NCBI GenBank assembly: GCA_035519565.1
Contig: DATIWD010000136.1
Coordinates: 5,964 to 69,963 of the forward strand
DNA length: 64,000 bases
DNA from: Gemmatimonadales bacterium
GTDB taxonomy: Bacteria > Gemmatimonadota > Gemmatimonadetes > Gemmatimonadales > GWC2-71-9
Direction of reading: 5' to 3'
Shown here: positions 37,398 to 46,545 of the stretch, one piece after another
How positions within the stretch are numbered: the stretch's first letter is position 1
Layout of the letters: each line of letters begins with the position of its first letter
Notes under the pieces: generated by a model
Seen by the model: the letters and a program-made list of their open reading frames with translations, nothing else
Databases searched by the model: none
Told to the model about the DNA's origin: nothing
Made by a program: the position numbers and the translations under genes

Positions 37398-37789
37398 GCG
37401 GTTTGAGGAAACGGCTAGGTGCCGGTGCACTGTGCGGGCTCGGCTTCGCACTGCTTTCGATTGTCATGGCCTCGGTTGCCTACCTGCTTAGTTCCGAAGC
37501 GGCCTGGGCCAGGCGCGGCTTCACCCTCGCCCAGATGATAGTGGTCCTTGCGACCGCGTTTCCGCTCGGTGGCATCCTGGCCGGCGCACTATTTCCGCTT
37601 ACCAAGCGATCGATTGGAGCCTTCCTGGTTGGTACCGTGGCCTTGTTCCCAAGCACATTGGCCCTGTCATTCATGAGGGCACCTCGCACCCACTGGCTTC
37701 TGTTGGGGCTGATCGGAGGGCTCGTCGTGGCAGCGTTTGTCGGGGGTGGTGCGGCGCTGGTCATATGGCACAGCGAGCGTCGGGGGTAG
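37394..37789 (+). CDS. small 4-TM membrane protein (member of local paralog family)
   Basis: ATGA overlap with the upstream gene. 131 aa. Central helix motif FPLGGILAGALFPL is shared with the products of 37861..38319 and 39115..39528. Confidence 0.6.
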   Translation: MSGLRKRLGAGALCGLGFALLSIVMASVAYLLSSEAAWARRGFTLAQMIVVLATAFPLGGILAGALFPLTKRSIGAFLVGTVALFPSTLALSFMRAPRTHWLLLGLIGGLVVAAFVGGGAALVIWHSERRG

Positions 37790-37860
37790 TGGTCTATTCA
37801 CATGTTGGCCTTATGACTAAGGTAAGTTGATTTTTCCAACAGGGTTTTGGTAGGCAAGTC

Positions 37861-38319
37861 ATGACAAGACAGTCAGCCTATCAGTTGGCTTCCTCCATGA
37901 TTGTGGGGGCCGGGCTAGGGCTCTGGACGTATATCCGATTTGTCCTTGGGAGCCCTCGCTTGCGAGAGGGGGTGATCTCGAGCCCGACTGGGGCGGCTCT
38001 CGTGGTCTTCGTCACAGTCTCAGTTTTTTCATGGTTCGGGATCAGGCTCTGGCGGAAATATTCTTTGCCTCCAGCGAACAGCCAGGATCATGTCGTTCGT
38101 TACATAGGGGGGCTAGTATTTGGTGGTCTGTTTGCGATTCTTTTCTCGCTCGAAACTGGCGCCCATCAAGCCGCACTTGAACAACCTGAAATGCCGTTTG
38201 TCGAGGCATTCTTGTATCACTCCTTATTCACGCTAGCGATTTCTGCTCCCATCGCCCTCTGGGGAGGAGCCAATATGTGGGGAGGGTGGATGGCTCGCTT
38301 CTTCGGAGTTCGCAAATGA
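37861..38319 (+). CDS. small 4-TM membrane protein, low-GC gene
   Basis: 152 aa. Hydrophobic helices. YIGGLVFGGLFAILF motif related to the neighbours. Confidence 0.55.
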   Translation: MTRQSAYQLASSMIVGAGLGLWTYIRFVLGSPRLREGVISSPTGAALVVFVTVSVFSWFGIRLWRKYSLPPANSQDHVVRYIGGLVFGGLFAILFSLETGAHQAALEQPEMPFVEAFLYHSLFTLAISAPIALWGGANMWGGWMARFFGVRK

Positions 38320-38424
38320 GTTGTCTGCTCCGCTGGATGTGGGCGCGGGGAATGTGGATGGCCGGGTTCGGAAGCCCAAGTGATCTAACGTGGCTTACGC
38401 GATAAGGCCGGACGCGATCGGAGG

Positions 38425-38568
38425 ATCGACTACAGCGGATACCCCAACGTCGCCCCCCAGCACCGTGACCAGCACCAACACCACCGGTACCAGCACCAGG
38501 AAGATCGCGAAGGTCACCCCCATGATGTCCCGGGCCCGGAGACCCAGCAGTCCCAGCACCGGGAGCAT
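38425..38568 (-). pseudogene. displaced duplicate of the last ~46 codons of the atoE-like gene (1-nt insertion causes a frameshift)
   Basis: About 94% identical to 39851-39993, including the stop codon. An extra C sits in the C-run at 38453-38458. Without it, the copy would encode ...VLGATLGYPL*, compared with ...VLGATLAYPL* in the intact gene. Confidence 0.8.
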
Positions 38569-38650
38569 TCTAGATCTGACCACTGTCATTGAGGGCAAGC
38601 GCTTGTTGACAGTGGGAGGTACCCGATGTTTCGGGATTCGCTGAACTTGA

Positions 38651-38971
38651 ATGTCTGATATCCCTTTGATCCAGTTTGTGCTCGCAGTCTACGGGCTATG
38701 GAGCCTGATCACCCTGGTTCGCGGCAAGCACAATGCCCATTCGTCCATCAATACATCAAGAGATCCGCGCGTGGCGCGCCTCAGATCGGCTAGGATCTGG
38801 TGTGCGGTGTCCCTCCTGGCGGCAGTTGTTGGGTTTTCTCCGTTCTACTTGTGGCAGCCACCATGGGCGCTTCTCGTGTTCGCCATTATTTGGGCCATCG
38901 GGAGCGCCGTTGCCTATTTCGTTGTAACTCTCCTGGAGGCTTGGTTCGACGAAAGATCAAGACTTAAATAG
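38651..38971 (+). CDS. small 3-TM membrane protein, low-GC gene
   Basis: 106-aa ORF with three hydrophobic helices. No SD. Confidence 0.5.
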   Translation: MSDIPLIQFVLAVYGLWSLITLVRGKHNAHSSINTSRDPRVARLRSARIWCAVSLLAAVVGFSPFYLWQPPWALLVFAIIWAIGSAVAYFVVTLLEAWFDERSRLK

Positions 38972-39114
38972 CGTCCTCAATTATCCGTCCTGAAGTGTGA
39001 GGTACCGCTAGCGCTCTTGCTATCTTCTGCGCAAAGGTCCCCAACCTGGAAGTGGCATTAAAGGATTGCTCATTCCTCTTCGGCCTTTAGCGCAAGAATT
39101 ACCTTGACAACACC

Positions 39115-39528
39115 GTGAGACAAATGGACCTTCGGCACGAATTGAAGCGCGGCTTGGCTTGGGGAGCGTGGTTCGCTAGTGCGTTGATCGTGTGGGCAAC
39201 GTTATTACGACTTTTCGCGGGAGAGGCTCCATTTCAGAAGATCGAAATGACCTACTGGGAGGTTGTACTTTCCTATGTGGTGGGGGGGATAAGTGGGGGG
39301 GCTGTCTTCGGCCTCCTTCGGCGCTTCGTACGGGGGCGGCTCACGGCGGCACTGCTTGGATTTCTTGTCGGGCTCCCGGTATTCGCGGCGATCATACCCT
39401 TCATGGTACCGAGGAGCGAGTGGATCTTTCCGGGTTTGCCAACGATCGTAGGATCTGCGTTGCTCCTTGGCTTACCCTTGGGCATTGCATTCTACGACGA
39501 AGAAAACCCTCCCGGCCGGAGGAAATAG
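39115..39528 (+). CDS. small 4-TM membrane protein, low-GC paralog of 37394..37789
   Basis: 137 aa. Aligns by eye with the 131-aa protein (VVLSYVVGGISGGAVFGLLRRF vs IVVLATAFPLGGILAGALFPLTKR; ...PFMVP..W vs ..SFMRAP..W). The start is GTG 39115 or ATG 39124. Confidence 0.55.
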   Translation: MRQMDLRHELKRGLAWGAWFASALIVWATLLRLFAGEAPFQKIEMTYWEVVLSYVVGGISGGAVFGLLRRFVRGRLTAALLGFLVGLPVFAAIIPFMVPRSEWIFPGLPTIVGSALLLGLPLGIAFYDEENPPGRRK

Positions 39529-39850
39529 CTGAGCTCGTTGTGTAAGTAACAGAGTTTGAGGCCGGAACCCAATTAATGAGCAGCCTGGCAGGCGACCGCT
39601 AGAAGCAGCTGTTCACAAGGAGGTGTCGGAGGAATTGACGGGCGTGGGGCATCGAGGGTTAGACAACCCGCGATATAGCCGCTTGGAACCAGATTGGTTG
39701 CGATCGATCGCCATCGGCATTTTCTCCGCGCGCGCGTCAACGCGTGGAGCTCTCCAGCCTCTACCGCAGACTCCCCCGGGAACCAAGGGATTTCGTGTTG
39801 AGCCATGTGACCTTACACCACGCGTACCACTCTCCGAACCCTCAATCACC

Positions 39851-39993
39851 ATCGCCTACAACGGATACGCCAACGTCGCCCCCAGCACCGTGACCAGCAC
39901 CAACACCACCGGTACCAGCACCAGGAAGATCGCGAAGGTCACCCCCATGATGTCCCGGGCCCGGAGCCCCAGGAGCCCCAGCACCGGGAGCAT
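39851..39993. repeat. direct repeat copy B (intact 3' end of the atoE-like gene); partner at 38425-38568
   Basis: Alignment by eye gives about 8 differences over about 143 bp. Confidence 0.85.
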
Positions 39994-41268
39994 CCAGAAC
40001 GGCTGGATCAGGTTGGCCAGCGCCTCGCCCAGGTTGTAGGACGCCACCGTCCACCCCAGGTGGACCTTGAGCTGGTGCGCGGCCTGCATCACGTAGGGCG
40101 CCTCGATCACCCACTTGGATCCCCCCGACGGCACGAACAGCCCCAGGACCGCACTATAGACCGCGATCACCGCTGGGTAGCTGAACGGAGTCGCCATGGC
40201 CGTGAACAGTCCCGCGATTCTGGCGCTGACCCCGGTGTCGGTGATGATCCCGGCGATCCCCGCATAGAAAGGAAACTGGAGCAGGAGTCCCCAGGTGGCG
40301 GGCGTCGCGTCACGAAAGGCGCGCATCAGCCGGGCTGGGGTCCCATGGAGTGCGAACCCCAGCGCCAGGAAGGCCAGATTCAGGGTGTTGAGGTTGATCG
40401 CCGCCGCCAGATTGGGCGCCCGGTAGAGCGAGAGTCCCAGGTATCCTCCCGCCAGGGCTACCACGAACCAGTTGACCCAGGCGCGATGCTCCAGCCATTC
40501 ACCCGGGGTTCTGGGTTCTGGGTTCTGGGATGCTGCGTCGGACTCTCCCACGTCTACGCCAAGGTCTCTTGCGGTGCGGACGGCGGCGCCGGTCGGGACG
40601 ATGAAGTAGACCGCCACCGCCACCACCACGATCTCGACCAGCACCGACGCGAACGACTGCCACAGAAACATCGTGGATTGCAGCGGGATCAGCCCGTCGG
40701 CGACCACCACCTCGGCCCCGCCTCCGTGGGCCACCACATCCCGGATCGAGGCGGGGATTCCCGGCGTCGCCATGTATAGCGTGGCCGAACCGCTCAGCCC
40801 CTGCGCCCAGACGCTTCCGGTCCCGAACAGCGTAGTCGCGGCCAGCGTGCGGTAGTCGACCCCTTCCACCTTCCGCGCCACCGCGCGGGCCAGCACCGCC
40901 GCGAAGACCAGCCCGAATCCCCAGTTGAACCAGGAGGCGATCATCCCCGCCACGCCCACGAACACCACCGCGCTCCGGTTGCTCCGGGGCAGGCTGGCCA
41001 GAGCCTCGATCGCTCGACGAATCGGGGGCGCCGTCGCCGCCACCGTCCCGGTGATCACGATCAGTGCCATCTGCATGGTGAATGGGATCAGGGTCCAGAA
41101 CCCGTTGCCCCAGGCCTTCACTACCGTGGCGAGATTGGCGCCACCCACCGTGAGGCCGCCCACCACGGCGATGGCGGTGGCCCCCAGCGCGAAGATGAAC
41201 GCGTCCGGCAGCCAGCGCTCCGACAGCTCGGTGGTCTTGAGGGCGATCCGGCCCAGGGGAGAGGTCAT
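39856..41268 (-). CDS. atoE: short-chain fatty acid transporter (AtoE family)
   Basis: 470-aa polytopic protein. The N-terminus MTSPLGRIALKTTELSERWLPDAFIFAL and overall architecture match AtoE/TIGR00366-type transporters. Confidence 0.75.
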   Translation of the reverse strand: MTSPLGRIALKTTELSERWLPDAFIFALGATAIAVVGGLTVGGANLATVVKAWGNGFWTLIPFTMQMALIVITGTVAATAPPIRRAIEALASLPRSNRSAVVFVGVAGMIASWFNWGFGLVFAAVLARAVARKVEGVDYRTLAATTLFGTGSVWAQGLSGSATLYMATPGIPASIRDVVAHGGGAEVVVADGLIPLQSTMFLWQSFASVLVEIVVVAVAVYFIVPTGAAVRTARDLGVDVGESDAASQNPEPRTPGEWLEHRAWVNWFVVALAGGYLGLSLYRAPNLAAAINLNTLNLAFLALGFALHGTPARLMRAFRDATPATWGLLLQFPFYAGIAGIITDTGVSARIAGLFTAMATPFSYPAVIAVYSAVLGLFVPSGGSKWVIEAPYVMQAAHQLKVHLGWTVASYNLGEALANLIQPFWMLPVLGLLGLRARDIMGVTFAIFLVLVPVVLVLVTVLGATLAYPL

Positions 41269-41360
41269 TGCCGATTGCCCAATCGGGATGGAAGTTTAGG
41301 AGCGGCCAACCAGTTGCGATCGGTCCAGCGGCCTTCGTCCCTCATTCAACGGAAATCCAC

Positions 41361-42038
41361 ATGGCTCGAGTGCTCTTCTGGGACGTGGACACCCAGTACG
41401 ACTTCATCCATCCCGACGGGAAGCTCTACGTCCCCCGGGCCGAGGCCATTCTCCCCCGGCTCAAGGCGTTGACCGACTTCGCGCACGCCAAGGGGATCCG
41501 GATCATCGCCAGCGCCGACGACCATCAACTCGGCCACCGGGAGCTGAGCGACACTCCCGACTTCGAGACCACCTATCCCCCCCACTGCATGCACGGGACC
41601 CCCGGCCAGGCCAAGGTCCCCGAGTCCCGGCTGAAGGATCCCCTGGTCATCGAGCCCGCTCCCCAGGATCCCGAGGCGCTGGTGAACAAGGTCCGCGCCC
41701 ACCGGGGCGACATTCTCTTCAACAAGCACTGGTTCGACGTCTTCACCAATGCCAACGTGGACAGCGTGCTCCGGGTGCTGGACCCCGAGGTGATCGTGCT
41801 CTACGGCGTGGCCCTGGACGTGTGCAACAAGTACGCGATCGAGGGCCTGCTGGTTCATCGGCCCCAGACCAAGCTCTATCTGGTGACGGACGCCACCAAG
41901 GCGATCCGGTATGAGGTGGGGGAACAGCTGCTGCGGGACTGGGGAGACGAAGGGGTCAGGCTGGTCAAGACCGAAGAAGTGGTCGAAGACGGCATCCTGG
42001 AGCCCTACCTCTCTAGTCGCGCATCTCGTTCTACTTGA
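41361..42038 (+). CDS. isochorismatase-family cysteine hydrolase (nicotinamidase-like)
   Basis: ATG 41361 ([15 protein letters not shown]). D...K...C triad context ([15 protein letters not shown]). Confidence 0.75.
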   Translation: MARVLFWDVDTQYDFIHPDGKLYVPRAEAILPRLKALTDFAHAKGIRIIASADDHQLGHRELSDTPDFETTYPPHCMHGTPGQAKVPESRLKDPLVIEPAPQDPEALVNKVRAHRGDILFNKHWFDVFTNANVDSVLRVLDPEVIVLYGVALDVCNKYAIEGLLVHRPQTKLYLVTDATKAIRYEVGEQLLRDWGDEGVRLVKTEEVVEDGILEPYLSSRASRST

Positions 42039-43992
42039 TCTTGAATTTGCTGACCGCTTCATCCAGGCCCTGAGAGGCCCGGGCCAGGTGCTCGGCTGAG
42101 GCGGCGATCTCGGCCGTCGAGGCGCTCAACTCCTGGGCCGAGGCGGCGATCTGCTCGGCCGCGGCGGCGACCTCCTCGGTGCCGGCCGACACGTCGGTCA
42201 TTCGTCCCGCGATCCCGCCCATCACCTCGCGCACTTCGCTGGCACTCTGCGAAATTTGCTGAGTCCAGGCGTCGTTCTGGTGGGCTTCGTCGGCGACGCG
42301 ACTAAGTCCGGCCGCGGCCAGGTGGGCCGCCTCCCGGGCTGCGTCGCCGCCGCGAGCCAGACGGAGCAGCCGGTCCCGCGCGGTCCGGACCCGCTGCTGG
42401 ACGTTCTGCACCGTCTCGTTGGTCGAGGTCGCCGCCTGGGAGGCCTGACCGGCCAGCTTGCGCACCTCTTCCGCCACTACCGCGAAGCCCCTTCCCTCCG
42501 CCCCGGCCCGGGCCGCCTCGATCCCCGCGTTGAGCGCCAGCATGTGGGTCTGCCGCGCGATCGCCTTGGTCTGGATGACGAATTTCCCGATCTCGGTCGA
42601 GGCCGCCTCCAGTGCCTCGGCCTCGCTGGCCCCACGCTCGATCTCCTCGGCCAGCCGGCTCAACTCGGCGGAGCTGGCATCCAGCTGCTCGCGGTGCTCC
42701 CGGGCCAGGCGGGCCACCGCGGCATTGCGGGTGGCCGATTCGATGGCGCTGGTGGCGAGCTGCTCGGCAATGGCCAGGATCTTGGCCGCGTCCTCCGCGG
42801 TCGCCCGCACCAGTGTCGCCTGCCGCGTGGCCCGTTCGGTGAGATCGGTACAGGTGCCCGAGACCTCCTGGGTGGAGGCGCTCATCTCCTGAGTCGAGGA
42901 GGAGATCTGGGTCGCCATCGAAGCCGCCTCGCTGGCGTTGCTGCGAATGGTGCCGACCAACGTGCGCAGCTGTTGCACCATCAGGCCGATCGCGCCGACC
43001 AGATTGGTGACCTCCTGGCTGGCCTTGGGGACCACCAGCTCAGGCGTCGAGAGATCCCCCTCGGCCACCCGGGTCGCCACCCCCTCGAGTCCGGTCATCG
43101 GCTCCACCAGCTGACGCTTGAGCCGCTGGACGATCAGGGCCACCACCACTGCGACGAACAACACCAGCCAGATCCCGACCCGCAACAGCCCCTTGGCGAT
43201 CTTCCCCACCACCTGGAACACGCTGTTGGGCGGCTCCTGGACCACGAGACGCAGTGAGGACTGTGGCAATGCCACGGTGACGGTGCCCGACGCCTGCAGT
43301 TGCTTGGCGGCGATCGGCTTCCCGGGCGGCAGCTTGGCGTCGTTGGAGAGGAACACGGTGTTGTCGTCCCCCACCAGGGCCAGCGTCAGGGGATCGCCGA
43401 GAAACGTTCGTCCGCGGAGGCTCTGGACCAGATCATCCAGGAGATAGACCACGCCCACCACGCCCGGTGTCGCGTCCTGGCCCGAGGCGGGCATGGGGAC
43501 CGACACGTCCACGACGGTCTTCCCGGTGGTGTTCTCGATCCGGGGAGCGCTGACGTACGCCTGCCCGTTCAGCGGGCCACGCCACCATGCCGCGTCGTCG
43601 CTCCCGGCGCCGGGCCGCTGGCGCGCGGAAATGATTGCGTTGCCCTGCCGGTCCACCACCGTGAGCCCGCGGATGTCGGGACGGCGGGCCAGCTGAGTCA
43701 CATACTGCTGAGCCCGGGTCCGGTCTTCCGGACGTGGCTTGGCCTCGAGCAACCGGCTCAAGTCGGGCGTCGCGGCGATCAGCTCGACTTCGCGGCGCCG
43801 CTCCCGGAACTGGCGGTCGATGGTTTCGGCGGTCCGGTGGGAGACTTCTTCGAGATAGGCGGCGGATTGCTGCTGGAACAGCCCGAGCGCACTCCAGGCG
43901 GTCAGCAGCACGGCCAGAGTGGCGAAGACCAACGCCGCGCTGACGCCGAGTACATAAACGATATTGGCGAGCTTGTACGTCCTGGCGCCCAT
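42031..43992 (-). CDS. methyl-accepting chemotaxis protein
   Basis: Two TM helices flanking a periplasmic Cache-like domain. HAMP domain. Conserved signalling hairpin [34 protein letters not shown]. Confidence 0.92.
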   Translation of the reverse strand: MGARTYKLANIVYVLGVSAALVFATLAVLLTAWSALGLFQQQSAAYLEEVSHRTAETIDRQFRERRREVELIAATPDLSRLLEAKPRPEDRTRAQQYVTQLARRPDIRGLTVVDRQGNAIISARQRPGAGSDDAAWWRGPLNGQAYVSAPRIENTTGKTVVDVSVPMPASGQDATPGVVGVVYLLDDLVQSLRGRTFLGDPLTLALVGDDNTVFLSNDAKLPPGKPIAAKQLQASGTVTVALPQSSLRLVVQEPPNSVFQVVGKIAKGLLRVGIWLVLFVAVVVALIVQRLKRQLVEPMTGLEGVATRVAEGDLSTPELVVPKASQEVTNLVGAIGLMVQQLRTLVGTIRSNASEAASMATQISSSTQEMSASTQEVSGTCTDLTERATRQATLVRATAEDAAKILAIAEQLATSAIESATRNAAVARLAREHREQLDASSAELSRLAEEIERGASEAEALEAASTEIGKFVIQTKAIARQTHMLALNAGIEAARAGAEGRGFAVVAEEVRKLAGQASQAATSTNETVQNVQQRVRTARDRLLRLARGGDAAREAAHLAAAGLSRVADEAHQNDAWTQQISQSASEVREVMGGIAGRMTDVSAGTEEVAAAAEQIAASAQELSASTAEIAASAEHLARASQGLDEAVSKFKIK

Positions 43993-44100
43993 TCGGCTCC
44001 GGAGAGGCGTCTCGGGGACCGGAAGTTATGGGAATGTGAAGGGAAAAGGGAGGGGGACTGCGGCCTGCCCCCAGCGTCTTTCGTCGCCTAAATTCCCGCC

Positions 44101-46542
44101 ATGACCGGTACGTCTACCGAGCAGGGATACGACCCGACGCAGGTCGAGGCCAAGTGGCGCGCCCGCTGGGCCGAGCGGGGCACCAACCAGCCCGATCTGG
44201 ATAAGGCGGAGCGCCCCTTCTACAACCTCATGATGTTCCCCTACCCCTCTGCCGAGGGATTGCATGTGGGGAACCTGTTCGCGTTTACCGGGAGCGACGT
44301 GTTCGGCCGGTTCCAGCGCCTCCAGGGTCACGACGTCTTCGAGCCGATCGGCTTCGACGCCTTCGGCATCCACAGCGAAAACTACGCGATCAAGATCGGG
44401 GTCCACCCCGGCGAGCTGATTCCCCGGAACATCGTGAACTTCCGGCGCCAGTTGGAGCGGATCGGCGGGATGTTCGACTGGCGGCACGAGCTGGCAACCA
44501 CCGATCCGGCCTACTACAAGTGGACCCAATGGCTCTTTCTCCAGCTCTACCGGGCCGGGAAGGCTTACAAGCGGCCCGCGGCCGTGAACTGGTGCCCCTT
44601 CGACAAGACGGTGCTGGCCAACGAGCAGGTGATCGCCGGGCGCTGCGAGCGCTGCAATACGCCGGTGGAGCAGCGGATCCTCGACCAGTGGTTCTTCCGG
44701 ATCACCGACTACGCCGAGCGGTTGCTCCAGAATCTCGATCGGCTCGACTGGTCGGAAACCACGGCCACCGCTCAGCGCAACTGGTTGGGCCGCTCCGAGG
44801 GGGCGGAGATCGCCTTCGAGCTTCCCGCCGGCGGAGCGATCCGGGTGTTCACCACCCGGCCCGACACCTTGTTTGGTGCCACCTTCATGGTCCTGGCTCC
44901 CGAGCACCCCCTGGTGCGGGAGATTACCACGGGGGAGCGCCGCTACGACGTGGAGGCGTATGTGCGCGCGGCCGCGAGCCGCGATCTCGTCTCCCGGAAG
45001 ATCGGAGAAGAGGACAAGACCGGGGTGTTCACCGGCGCCTACGCGCGCAACCCGGCCACCGGTGAGGCGATTCCGGTCTGGATCGCGGACTACGTGCTCA
45101 TGGAGTACGGCACCGGGGCCATCATGGCGGTGCCGGGCCATGACGAGCGGGACTTCGCCTTCGCGACTCTTCACGGTCTTCCCATCGTCCGGGTGGTGGC
45201 CGGCGCGGGGGAGGACGCGAAGACGCCGCTCCAGGAAGCCTACATCGACAACATCGAAGGCCGGCTGGTGAATTCGGGTCAGTTCGACGGCCAGCCCGCC
45301 TTGGAAGCGAAGAGCGCCATCACCCGGTGGCTGGAGAGCCGAGGGGCGGGAAAAGGCGTGGTCCAGTACCGGCTCCACGACTGGTGCATCTCGCGCCAGC
45401 GGTATTGGGGCCCGCCGATTCCGATCATTTACTGCGAGGCCTGCGGTACAGTACCGGTGCCGGAAAAGGATCTTCCGGTCCTGCTGCCCAACATTCCCGA
45501 CTTCCGCCCGGACGACACCGGCGTCTCACCGCTCGCGCGGCATGAGGAGTGGTATTATGTCCCTTGCCCGCAGTGCGGTCGCCGGGCCCGTCGCGAGACC
45601 GACGTCTCCGACACCTTCCTCGATTCGGCCTGGTACTTCCTCCGCTATCCCAGCACCGAGTTCGCAGACCGGCCCTTCGACCCGGCCCGGACGAAGAAGT
45701 GGCTGCCGGTAACGACGTATATCGGGGGCAACGAGCATGCGGTGCTGCACCTGCTCTATTCGAGATTCATCTGCATGGCGCTCCAGGATCTCGGGCACCT
45801 TCACTTCGAGGAGCCGTTCACCCGGTTTCGGGCTCATGGGCTGATCATTAAAGACGGGGCCAAGATGTCCAAGTCGAAGGGCAACGTGGTGATTCCCGAC
45901 GACTACATCGCCAAGTGGGGCGCCGACACCTTCCGGATGTATCTCATGTCGCTGGGCCCCTTCCAGGAGGGGGGAGACTTCCGCGATGCGGGAATCAGCG
46001 GGCCGCGGCGTTTCCTCGACAAGGTCTGGAGCCTGGTGGGGGATGCGGCCAGGTGCGCGCCCGGCGAGGAAATTCACCGGCATATCCAGGTCAAATGGCA
46101 CCAGACCAAGCGCAAGGTCACCGAGGACACGGCCGGTCTCAAGTACAACACGGCGATCGCCGCGATGATGGAGTTGCTGAACACGCTGCGCGAGGAGAAC
46201 TGCAGCTCGCGGGAAATCGTGCGGGACCTGGTGATCATGATCGCGCCCTTCGCTCCCCATTTCGCCGAGGAGTGCTGGGAGCGCCTGGGCCATCACACCT
46301 CGGTGTTCGACGCCGAGTGGCCCAGCTGGGATCCCGACCTGGTGGTGGAAGACGAGGTCGAGGTAGTGGTTCAGGTCAACGGGAAAACCCGATCCCGGGT
46401 GCGGGTACCCCGGGATGCTGACGAGTCCACGGTGGTGGCGGCGGCCGAACGGGACGACGCGGTGCAGCGATTCATGGCGGGAAAAGCGGTCCGGAAACGG
46501 GTTCTGGTCCCCAACCGGCTACTGAACCTGGTAGTGCAGTAG
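44101..46542 (+). CDS. leuS: leucine--tRNA ligase
   Basis: MFPYPSAEGLHVGN (HIGH-type motif), CP1 editing domain, and KMSKSKGN. Confidence 0.97.
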   Translation: MTGTSTEQGYDPTQVEAKWRARWAERGTNQPDLDKAERPFYNLMMFPYPSAEGLHVGNLFAFTGSDVFGRFQRLQGHDVFEPIGFDAFGIHSENYAIKIGVHPGELIPRNIVNFRRQLERIGGMFDWRHELATTDPAYYKWTQWLFLQLYRAGKAYKRPAAVNWCPFDKTVLANEQVIAGRCERCNTPVEQRILDQWFFRITDYAERLLQNLDRLDWSETTATAQRNWLGRSEGAEIAFELPAGGAIRVFTTRPDTLFGATFMVLAPEHPLVREITTGERRYDVEAYVRAAASRDLVSRKIGEEDKTGVFTGAYARNPATGEAIPVWIADYVLMEYGTGAIMAVPGHDERDFAFATLHGLPIVRVVAGAGEDAKTPLQEAYIDNIEGRLVNSGQFDGQPALEAKSAITRWLESRGAGKGVVQYRLHDWCISRQRYWGPPIPIIYCEACGTVPVPEKDLPVLLPNIPDFRPDDTGVSPLARHEEWYYVPCPQCGRRARRETDVSDTFLDSAWYFLRYPSTEFADRPFDPARTKKWLPVTTYIGGNEHAVLHLLYSRFICMALQDLGHLHFEEPFTRFRAHGLIIKDGAKMSKSKGNVVIPDDYIAKWGADTFRMYLMSLGPFQEGGDFRDAGISGPRRFLDKVWSLVGDAARCAPGEEIHRHIQVKWHQTKRKVTEDTAGLKYNTAIAAMMELLNTLREENCSSREIVRDLVIMIAPFAPHFAEECWERLGHHTSVFDAEWPSWDPDLVVEDEVEVVVQVNGKTRSRVRVPRDADESTVVAAAERDDAVQRFMAGKAVRKRVLVPNRLLNLVVQ

Positions 46543-46545
46543 GCG

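Larger units (their letters stand above)
37790..39850. mobile_element. low-GC islet (relic insertion) next to the atoE-like gene; no integrase or transposase present
   Basis: Hand GC counts: 42% (37801-37860), 52% (38041-38100) and 53% (38701-38760), versus 72% in the flank (37201-37260). It contains a displaced, frameshifted copy of the atoE-like 3' end. Confidence 0.5.

Noticed and set aside
39573-39806. A 77-aa minus-strand ORF and other short ORFs in the non-coding tail of the islet (39529-39850), considered as a possible remnant recombinase or excisionase.
   Set aside because: No recognisable motif, no SD, and the composition is not protein-like. Too short to be a degraded integrase that I could recognise by eye.
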